Source: an uncultured Bifidobacterium sp.
GTDB taxonomy: Bacteria; Bacteroidota; Bacteroidia; AKYH767-A; OLB10
Assembly (NCBI GenBank): GCA_964534995.1
Contig: CAZHSC010000007.1
Location: forward strand, 2,570-66,569
Reading direction: 5' to 3'
DNA: 64,000 bases
In this document: positions 57,185 through 64,000 of the stretch, piece by piece
How the letters are laid out: the number at the start of each line of letters is the position of its first letter
How positions within the stretch are numbered: position 1 is the first letter of the stretch
Program-made: the position numbers and the translations under genes
Notes under the pieces: model-generated
What the model saw: only the letters and a program-made list of their open reading frames with translations
Database searches by the model: none
Told to the model about the DNA's origin: nothing

Positions 57185-60001
57185 ATGAAAAAATTAATTA
57201 TAGTATTGATTACATGCTACTTAATAGCATCCGCAAACAACATTTTACAGGCCCAGCCGGGAAACCTTCGCGGTGTTTTGAACGATAAAATAAATGTCGA
57301 AACGCTGATTGGGGCAACAGTTGCCATTGAAGGCACCTCGCTGGGGGCGGTTACAAATTTTGATGGGGAATACCGGATAGATAACATTCCTGCCGGCACC
57401 TATTCTGTTAAAATTTCATTTGTAGGATATACAACCGAAACCGTCAGTAATGTAGTTATCAAAAGCAATGAAACTACAGTGTTAAACTTCAAGATGAGCA
57501 GCAATTCGCAGGTTCTGAAAGATGCGGAAGTGGTGGCTACACGCATTACAAATACAGAAAACGCGGTATTGGCCGAAATGCGAAAATCGAACCAGGTGGT
57601 TAATGGGGTTTCCAGCCAGCAGATATCCAAAACACAGGACAGAAACGCCTCAGAAGTAATTAAGCGACTACCGGGCGTTACAGTAATGGAAGACCGTTTC
57701 GTGGTGATTCGCGGCCTGAGCGAAAGATACAATTCGGTGCTCCTCAACGACGCCCTTGCGCCCAGTGCTGAACCGGATAAGAAAGCATTTTCATTTGATA
57801 TTATTCCGAGCAGCCTGCTCGACCGGGTGCTCATATATAAAACAGGGGCTCCTGAACTCCCGGGAGAATTTGCAGGAGGTGCTGTTAAAATATACACAAA
57901 AAATATCCCGGACGAAGATTATATCCAGGCAAGTATTACCCTCGGCGTACGCAGCAATACCACTTTCAAAGACTTCAACAGGGCGTCACTCAGCAATACC
58001 GACTGGTTGGGTATGGACAATGGCAGCCGTGATCTGCCTGCTGAATTTCCGGCAACCATTTCCGGATTAACGTCCGCACAACAAGTAGAGTTGGCAAAGA
58101 AACTACCCAATACCTGGATCGCAAAGGAGCAGTCGGCACCGATTGATCAGCGTTTGAATCTTGGTTTTGCCAAAAAATTCAATTTGGGAAAAGTCAAAGC
58201 CGCCAACATCAGCGGCATTACCTATGGCAACACCTACGAAACACGAAGTGCTGAAAACCTCAACTACAACCAATATGACATTATTAATAATGTGAGCGAC
58301 ACCATTTATAATTTTAATGACCACACTTCCGTAAATAAGGTTTCAGTAGGACTGCTCAGCAATTTCAGTTTCCTTTTGAATCCGGGAAATAAAATTGAAT
58401 TCCGGAATCTCTTCAACCAAACAGGATCAAACGGAACCACCATTCGTACAGGCTATAATATTGAAGAGGGAAATGAAGTACGCAATTTTGCGTTCAGGTA
58501 TTATGAAAGGCAATTATATTCCGGACAAATTTCCGGATCCCACGATTTCAACAGCCAAAAAACACATTTCAACTGGACAGGTGGATACAGCAACACGCAT
58601 ACCAACGAACCGGACTACAGAAGGATTCGCACCTTCCGCAGTTTAGTGGATAACCTTCCCGATTATTACATTCAGGTCAACACCACTGCTTCGCAGGCAG
58701 ACGCCGGCCGTTTCTACTCAACACTTGACGAAAACACCATCATGGTTTCCGGTAATATTGAACATGAATTGATGCAACTTGGCGAATCCAGAAAAGTGAA
58801 AATCAGGGCCGGATTCTATACGGAAACAAAGAAGAGAACTTTTAATGCCCGCTGGCTGGCATATACCAAATCAAGAGTAGATAAATTCAATAACGACCTG
58901 CTGCTCTTACCGCTCGATCAGGTTTTTGATGACAGTAATTTCAACGACAGTACCGGTTTCAAAATAGATGAAGGCACGAATGGAACTGATCGTTATGAAG
59001 CAGATAATTTATTATCCGCACTGTACATAGGAACTACCTGGCCACTGCATGAAAAAATCACCCTTTCAACCGGTGTCCGGTATGAATATAACCGTTTACA
59101 GCTGGAAAGTGCCGACAATAATGGGAAGCCGCTTAAGATAGATAACCCAATTAGCAGCATCCTGCCATCGGTAAATATTACTTACAATGTTACACAGAAA
59201 TCATTACTGCGTTTTGCCTATGCCCGTACATTAAACCGTCCGGAATTTCGTGAAATCGCACCCTTCTCTTATTATGACTTTATCTTCAATAATGTGCTTT
59301 TCGGAAACCCATCACTTGAAACGCCCACCATTGACAATATAGATGTGCGCTGGGAGAATTATCCGGCCGCGGGTGAACTGCTGTCAGCCGGCTTGTTCTA
59401 TAAAAATTTCACAAATCCCATTGAACAATATTTCAAACCGGGAGCAGGATCGGGGGGCACCAGGAATTTTGAATTCAGAAACGCGGCCAGCGCTTACAGT
59501 ACCGGTGCTGAAATAGAAGTAAGGAAATCACTGGAACCCCTTTTCAAAGCCGGTTTCATGAGCAGACTTTCCGTGAGCGTTAACGCTTCTTATATCTTCA
59601 GTCAGGTAAATCTTGGAGAAAATACCGTGGGTCAGGATAAAAAAAGAATTATGATGGGGCAGTCGCCTTATGTAGTAAACACAGGAATATACTATCATCA
59701 ACCGGAATATAACTTACAATACAACCTGCAATTCAATGTGATTGGGAAACGCCTGTTTGTGGTAGGTACGGAGGGTACTCCCGATGTGTATGAATTACCC
59801 AGGAATTTACTTGATTTTTCAGTGACCAAAGGGTTTGGAAAAAATTTCGAAGTCAAAGCAGGCATTCAGGACATTTTTAACCAGGCTACCGTACTTCGTC
59901 AGGATTCAAACGATGACGGTGACGTTGACAGCAAAGATGAGATGATCATGAGATATAACAGGGGAACCTATTATACCCTGGGTATTGCTGTAAGATATTG
60001 A
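57185..60001 (+). CDS. TonB-dependent outer-membrane receptor with an N-terminal carboxypeptidase-regulatory-like domain (not SusC-type)
   Basis: 938 aa. Signal peptide, then a CarboxypepD_reg-like domain (GVLNDKINVETLIGATVAIEGTSLGAVTNFDGEYRIDNIPAGTYSVKISFVGY), a plug (VIKRLPGVTVMEDRFVVIRGLSERYN), a long beta-barrel and a terminal aromatic residue (..GIAVRY). Confidence 0.9.
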   Translation: MKKLIIVLITCYLIASANNILQAQPGNLRGVLNDKINVETLIGATVAIEGTSLGAVTNFDGEYRIDNIPAGTYSVKISFVGYTTETVSNVVIKSNETTVLNFKMSSNSQVLKDAEVVATRITNTENAVLAEMRKSNQVVNGVSSQQISKTQDRNASEVIKRLPGVTVMEDRFVVIRGLSERYNSVLLNDALAPSAEPDKKAFSFDIIPSSLLDRVLIYKTGAPELPGEFAGGAVKIYTKNIPDEDYIQASITLGVRSNTTFKDFNRASLSNTDWLGMDNGSRDLPAEFPATISGLTSAQQVELAKKLPNTWIAKEQSAPIDQRLNLGFAKKFNLGKVKAANISGITYGNTYETRSAENLNYNQYDIINNVSDTIYNFNDHTSVNKVSVGLLSNFSFLLNPGNKIEFRNLFNQTGSNGTTIRTGYNIEEGNEVRNFAFRYYERQLYSGQISGSHDFNSQKTHFNWTGGYSNTHTNEPDYRRIRTFRSLVDNLPDYYIQVNTTASQADAGRFYSTLDENTIMVSGNIEHELMQLGESRKVKIRAGFYTETKKRTFNARWLAYTKSRVDKFNNDLLLLPLDQVFDDSNFNDSTGFKIDEGTNGTDRYEADNLLSALYIGTTWPLHEKITLSTGVRYEYNRLQLESADNNGKPLKIDNPISSILPSVNITYNVTQKSLLRFAYARTLNRPEFREIAPFSYYDFIFNNVLFGNPSLETPTIDNIDVRWENYPAAGELLSAGLFYKNFTNPIEQYFKPGAGSGGTRNFEFRNAASAYSTGAEIEVRKSLEPLFKAGFMSRLSVSVNASYIFSQVNLGENTVGQDKKRIMMGQSPYVVNTGIYYHQPEYNLQYNLQFNVIGKRLFVVGTEGTPDVYELPRNLLDFSVTKGFGKNFEVKAGIQDIFNQATVLRQDSNDDGDVDSKDEMIMRYNRGTYYTLGIAVRY

Positions 60002-60051
60002 GTTCATTTAAATGAAGAAATCAATTGTTATGAATTACCGCTTTTTGCGAT

Positions 60052-60080
60052 TTAACCTTTAATTCAAACTGACTTAACAA
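60052..60080 (+). promoter_or_regulatory. Candidate Pho box array D (upstream of the lipoprotein gene)
   Basis: TTAACCT ttaa TTCAAAC tgac TTAACAA: three units in exact 11-bp register, 60 nt upstream of the ATG at 60140. Confidence 0.5.
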
Positions 60081-60139
60081 AGTAAAAATTTACACCTGGT
60101 ATTCTTGTACCGGGAACCAACAAAAAACAAAAACAAAAG

Positions 60140-61528
60140 ATGAAAAGTAACATTAAATTCAAAAAAGCCGGCATCCTGTTGCTGACAGTAATAATGGTGG
60201 CCGCTACAGTATTTACAGGATGTAAAAAAGACGAAGACGAAAACACCGCCACTCCAACCGTAGTCAACTTCACGCTCACCACACTTCCTGACGGAACCAT
60301 TCAGGTGGAGGGAAGTACTAACCAGAATGTAACTTTTGACAGCAGCAAGACTTACCTGATCAAAGGATTTACCTATGTAGAAGCCGGTGGCATACTCAAC
60401 ATTGTGCCGGGTACAGTTATCAAAGGTGATAAAACCTCAAAAGGATCATTAATTATTAAGCGCGGCGGAAAAATCATTGCGAATGGAACTGCTGCACATC
60501 CCATAGTATTTACCTCCGGCCAGCCTGTAGGGTCGAGAAATCCCGGTGACTGGGGTGGACTTATCATTTGCGGAAATGCACCCATCAATCTTGCAGGTGG
60601 AGAAGGGCAGATTGAAGGAGGGCCAGATGCCTTGTATGGTGGAAACAATGCCAATGACAATTCAGGTTCCTTAAAGTATGTAAGGATTGAATATGCCGGA
60701 ATTCCATTTCAACCCAACCAGGAAATTAACGGACTTACTTTAGGCGGTGTCGGAAGCGGTACTACTATTGATTACATCCAGGTTTCCTACTGTGGCGACG
60801 ATGCCTATGAAATGTTTGGAGGTACCGTGAACCTCAAACACATTATATCCTTTAAAACTGTGGATGACGACCTTGACACTGACAATGGATACAGCGGTAA
60901 AATTCAGTTTGGCATTGTACTTCGTGATCCTAATATTGCGGACGTTTCCGGTTCAAACGGGTTTGAATCAGATAATGATGCCAACGGTTCCGGTGCCACA
61001 CCTCAGACGAAAGCAGTATTCTCCAACATCAGTATTTTCGGGCCAAAGCAGGATACCAGTGCCGTTGTAAACTCCAATTTCAAGCGTGGTGCTCACCTGC
61101 GTAGAAATACCTTAACAAGCATTTATAATTCCCTCATTTCAGGGTATCCCGTGGGATTGATTGTTGATGGTACAGCTGCCGAAGGAAGTGCTGGTACTGA
61201 TAATCTTCAGGTCAGAAATACGATCATTGCTACCTGCAATACACCACTTACTGTTGCGAGCGGTTCAGGTTTTGATATTACCGCATGGTTCAATACATCT
61301 TCATACGGAAACAGTATTCAATATGACAACAACGGACTTGCCAGCGCTCCCTATGCTGCCACCCCGAACTTTATCCCTGTAGTGGGTTCCATATTGTTAA
61401 GTGGTGCCGATTTCAGTTCATCCAATCTCAGCGGCCTCGATGTAGTTAGCTACCGCGGTGCCTTTGATGCCAGTAACGACTGGACCAGCGGATGGGCCAA
61501 CTGGGATCCTCAAAACACTGCTTATTAA
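60140..61528 (+). CDS. Uncharacterised surface lipoprotein, genetic partner of the TonB-dependent receptor
   Basis: 462 aa. Lipoprotein signal VAATVFTGC. Conserved-looking blocks are GDWGGLIICGNAPIN, EGQIEGGPDALYGGNNANDNSG, YCGDDAYEMFGG, DDDLDTDNGYSG and GFESDND. I cannot assign a family. Confidence 0.6.
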   Translation: MKSNIKFKKAGILLLTVIMVAATVFTGCKKDEDENTATPTVVNFTLTTLPDGTIQVEGSTNQNVTFDSSKTYLIKGFTYVEAGGILNIVPGTVIKGDKTSKGSLIIKRGGKIIANGTAAHPIVFTSGQPVGSRNPGDWGGLIICGNAPINLAGGEGQIEGGPDALYGGNNANDNSGSLKYVRIEYAGIPFQPNQEINGLTLGGVGSGTTIDYIQVSYCGDDAYEMFGGTVNLKHIISFKTVDDDLDTDNGYSGKIQFGIVLRDPNIADVSGSNGFESDNDANGSGATPQTKAVFSNISIFGPKQDTSAVVNSNFKRGAHLRRNTLTSIYNSLISGYPVGLIVDGTAAEGSAGTDNLQVRNTIIATCNTPLTVASGSGFDITAWFNTSSYGNSIQYDNNGLASAPYAATPNFIPVVGSILLSGADFSSSNLSGLDVVSYRGAFDASNDWTSGWANWDPQNTAY

Positions 61529-61564
61529 TAATTCCACAGCCGAATCTAAAGAGGTCGTCTCATC

Positions 61565-61587
61565 AAAGAGGCAACCTCTTTTTTTTT
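61565..61587 (+). terminator. Rho-independent terminator after the lipoprotein gene
   Basis: Stem AAAGAGG / CCTCTTT (7 bp) with loop CAA, followed by a run of six T. Confidence 0.7.
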
Positions 61588-61603
61588 CCGACTTAATATT
61601 AAA

Positions 61604-61643
61604 TTAACATTGGCGAAACATGTTCGTAACATTTTCTTAATCT
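61604..61643 (+). promoter_or_regulatory. Candidate Pho box array E (pstS promoter)
   Basis: TTAACAT tggc GAAACAT gttc GTAACAT tttc TTAATCT: four units in exact 11-bp register, located between the upstream terminator and pstS. Confidence 0.65.
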
Positions 61644-61736
61644 ATTTGCAGTGCCCGGAATTCATGGGAACTGTAATTCAAATTACTGATATTAAATTAT
61701 TTATAATTATAAATTCTTAAAACCATAACCTGTAAA

Positions 61737-62702
61737 ATGAAAAATTTATTCCTGCTCGGCGTAATACTGTTGATTTCGGCCTGTGGAAACAACGAAAAAA
61801 ACAAGGAGACATCACAAGGCGAAGTCAAAATCAGTGGTTCCATCAGTGTGGATGGTTCCAGTACCGTATATCCGATTACAGAAGCGGTAGCAGAAGAATT
61901 CAGAAAAGAGTATCCGGATGTAAAAGTTACCGTTGGACTTTCCGGTACCGGTGGAGGTTTTAAGAAATTTTCAAGGGGAGAAATTGACATCAATGATGCC
62001 TCCAGAACCATCAAGGAAGAAGAAATCAACAGCTGCAAGGAAAACAACATTGACTATATCGAACTTGAAGTTGCATATGACGGACTGGTGGTTACCGTAA
62101 ATCCGCAAAATGACTGGGTGAACGACATTACTGTTGCAGAACTCAAAAAGATATGGGAACCGGAGGCACAGGGAAAAATCAAATACTGGAATCAGGTACG
62201 CCCGGAATGGCCCAAAGAAGAAATACATCTTTATGGCGCCGGAGTAGAATCAGGGACATATGATTATTTTACAGAAGCCATTGTTGGAAAAAGTCATTCG
62301 AGCAGGGGAGATTATACCGGCAGTGAAGATGATAACGTCCTGGTTCAGGGAGTTGCCGGCGACAAACTTGCATTGGGCTTTTTCGGGCTTGCCTATTATG
62401 AGGAGAATAAAACCAAACTTAAACCCATTCCTGTTGACGATCAAAATGATGCAAATGGTAAAGGGGCCATTTTACCCAGTCAGGAAACGGTTTTGAATAA
62501 AAGCTACAGTCCATTATCAAGGCCCTTATTTATTTACGTTAATTCCAAGGCCGTTGCTCGTCCGGAAACCATTGCTTTCATCAATTTTTATCTCTCCAGC
62601 GCTGCTGAGCTATCCAAAGCGGTGGGATTTGTGCCACTCCGACCAGAAGAATACAAAGCCCAGCAGGATAAGTTCCTTCAGTACCACAGCGCAAAGAAAT
62701 AA
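61737..62702 (+). CDS. pstS: Phosphate ABC transporter substrate-binding lipoprotein PstS
   Basis: 321 aa. Lipoprotein signal LLISAC. PstS-family blocks are [25 protein letters not shown] and IDINDASR. pstC and pstA follow. Confidence 0.9.
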   Translation: MKNLFLLGVILLISACGNNEKNKETSQGEVKISGSISVDGSSTVYPITEAVAEEFRKEYPDVKVTVGLSGTGGGFKKFSRGEIDINDASRTIKEEEINSCKENNIDYIELEVAYDGLVVTVNPQNDWVNDITVAELKKIWEPEAQGKIKYWNQVRPEWPKEEIHLYGAGVESGTYDYFTEAIVGKSHSSRGDYTGSEDDNVLVQGVAGDKLALGFFGLAYYEENKTKLKPIPVDDQNDANGKGAILPSQETVLNKSYSPLSRPLFIYVNSKAVARPETIAFINFYLSSAAELSKAVGFVPLRPEEYKAQQDKFLQYHSAKK

Positions 62703-62721
62703 CCTTTCTGAAATATTTATG

Positions 62722-62750
62722 AAGCCCGGCAAACTATCTTTGTCGGGCTT
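62722..62750 (+). terminator. Intercistronic hairpin between pstS and pstC (possible partial terminator or mRNA stabiliser)
   Basis: Stem AAGCCCGGC / GTCGGGCTT (9 bp including one G-U pair) with an 11-nt loop. The downstream T-tract is weak (TATTAT). Confidence 0.5.
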
Positions 62751-62763
62751 TATTATCCTCCAT

Positions 62764-63639
62764 ATGAAAATCCCGGAAAAACTAATCATCAGTTTTCTCG
62801 CTTTATGCGCGGGTATGACTGTATTGATCACTGCGGGAATTTTATATACCCTGGGAATTGAAGCCATAAATTTTTTCAGTGAGGTTCCGATCTCGGCTTT
62901 CCTCACCGATACGCAGTGGACCCCCCTCTTCACGGATAAGCATTTCGGAATTCTACCACTTTTAACCGGCACCTTGCTGACCTCTTTTATTGCCATCCTT
63001 TTTGCCTTACCCATCGGGTTAACCATTGCCATTTTTCTCAATGAATATGCACCTGCCTCTTTTTCCTCCCGTATCAAACCTGTTCTTGAAATTCTGGCAG
63101 CCGTACCCACTGTGGTGTATGGATATTTTGCCCTGACGGTTGTAACCCCCTTTCTACAGCAATTCATGCCTTCCTTATCAGGCTTTAACGCGTTAAGTGC
63201 CGGATTTGTCATGGGCATCATGATTATCCCCCTTATTTCCTCATTGAGTCAGGATGCATTATTTGCAGTCCCCAAATCCATGCGGGAGGCATCATACGGT
63301 CTTGGCGCCACCCGATTACAAACCTCCTTCAAGGTTTTGGTTCCGGCTGCTTCTTCAGGCATTATCATATCTGTGATACTTGCCATTTCCAGGGCTGTTG
63401 GCGAAACCATGATTGTTGCCATCGCGGCGGGAATGCAGCCCAATTTGACACTCAACCCCACAGTACCCATTCAAACCATTACGACTTATATCGTACAAAT
63501 AAGCATGGGAGATGTTCCTCATGATTCGCTGGAATACAGGACTATTTTCGCAGCAGGGATTACGCTGTTTGTATTAACATTTACGCTTAACAACTTAAGC
63601 TACTGGTTTAAGAAAAGATTCCATCAGAAGTATGAATAA
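62764..63639 (+). CDS. pstC: Phosphate ABC transporter permease PstC
   Basis: The track ORF (62554) overlaps the pstS 3' end and the hairpin. The ATG at 62764 (MKIPEKLIISFLALCAG) starts the first TM helix. The EAA-like loop is SMREASYGLGATRLQT. Confidence 0.9.
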   Translation: MKIPEKLIISFLALCAGMTVLITAGILYTLGIEAINFFSEVPISAFLTDTQWTPLFTDKHFGILPLLTGTLLTSFIAILFALPIGLTIAIFLNEYAPASFSSRIKPVLEILAAVPTVVYGYFALTVVTPFLQQFMPSLSGFNALSAGFVMGIMIIPLISSLSQDALFAVPKSMREASYGLGATRLQTSFKVLVPAASSGIIISVILAISRAVGETMIVAIAAGMQPNLTLNPTVPIQTITTYIVQISMGDVPHDSLEYRTIFAAGITLFVLTFTLNNLSYWFKKRFHQKYE

Positions 63640-64000
63640 GATACGCGTTAACAGATTTAAAGATAATGCTTTCAGGGCATTCGGAATCTTCTGTACTTTT
63701 TTCGGGTTATTTATGCTTGCCATTTTTATTGGAGATGTCCTTCTTAAAGGATTTAAAAGAATTGACTGGAATTTTATTACCAATCTCCCCTCCCGTTTCC
63801 CGGAAAAAGCAGGGATTTTTACCGCACTGATGGGCACATGCTGGATTTTATTCCTCACTGCGCTCATTGCAATTCCGTTGGGTGTGTTTGCCGGATTGTA
63901 TCTGGAAGAATATGGCAAGCGAAACCGTTTTGCTGCCATTCTGGAAGTAAATATTACCAACCTTGCCGGCATTCCATCGATCATCTATGGCCTCCTCGGC
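63632..64000 (+). CDS. pstA: Phosphate ABC transporter permease PstA (5' part; it runs off the right window edge)
   Basis: Not in the ORF track because it has no stop in the window. The ATG at 63632 overlaps the pstC stop by 8 nt. The translation MNKIRVNRFKDNAFRAFGIFCTFFGLFMLAIFIGDVLLKGFKRIDWNFITNLPSRFPEKAGIF... is typical of the PstA N-terminus. Confidence 0.85.
   Translation, partial: MNKIRVNRFKDNAFRAFGIFCTFFGLFMLAIFIGDVLLKGFKRIDWNFITNLPSRFPEKAGIFTALMGTCWILFLTALIAIPLGVFAGLYLEEYGKRNRFAAILEVNITNLAGIPSIIYGLLG

Noticed and set aside
62554-62763. Long pstC ORF start overlapping the last 149 nt of pstS
   Set aside because: The extension has no TM or PstC-like sequence and spans the intercistronic hairpin. 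The first TM helix follows the ATG at 62764.
1-64000. Mobile elements, CRISPR arrays, tRNA/rRNA genes, toxin-antitoxin pairs or defence-island signatures
   Set aside because: I found no transposase, integrase or recombinase-like ORF, no long terminal inverted repeats, no regularly spaced short repeats, and no tRNA-like T-arm (GTTCGAATC-type) in the intergenic regions I read. This is by-eye inspection only, so tRNAscan-SE, Infernal and a repeat finder should confirm it.

Overview
This 64-kb segment looks like ordinary chromosome from a Bacteroidota genome. The phylum call rests on T9SS C-terminal sorting domains, DUF3078 and Omp28-type outer-membrane proteins, a fused E1 alpha/beta dehydrogenase and recurrent TAnnTTTG -7 promoter boxes. 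I call 42 protein-coding genes. Two of them, at the window edges, are missing from the ORF track because they have no stop codon inside the window: a giant PKD-repeat protein at 1..5190 (-) and pstA at 63632..64000 (+). I saw no rRNA, tRNA, CRISPR array, transposase, integrase or other mobile-element hallmark, but I could not run tRNAscan or Infernal. Most genes are housekeeping: uvrA, mscL, pruA, hisS-hutH, ettA, murQ, rlpA, clpB, ABC transporters, Nudix hydrolases and peptidases. Three regions are less routine. (1) A phosphate locus (phoB, phoR, TonB-dependent receptor, unknown lipoprotein, pstSCA) carries arrays of TTAACA-type direct repeats in strict 11-bp register in every promoter region; I read these as candidate Pho boxes. 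(2) A five-gene phosphorelay operon encodes a stand-alone FIST sensor, a sensor-less histidine kinase, a receiver, a REC-PAS-HK-REC-HPt hybrid kinase, and a sigma-54 activator with no DNA-binding domain and a GAFTDA loop. (3) Directly downstream is a three-gene module: a 1216-aa T9SS-secreted beta-helix-like protein flanked by two membrane-anchored proteins with paralogous N-terminal anchors, one of which also shares a C-terminal domain with the giant protein. Nothing resembles a defence island or mobile element. All functional calls come from motif recognition by eye, and start codons are often uncertain.
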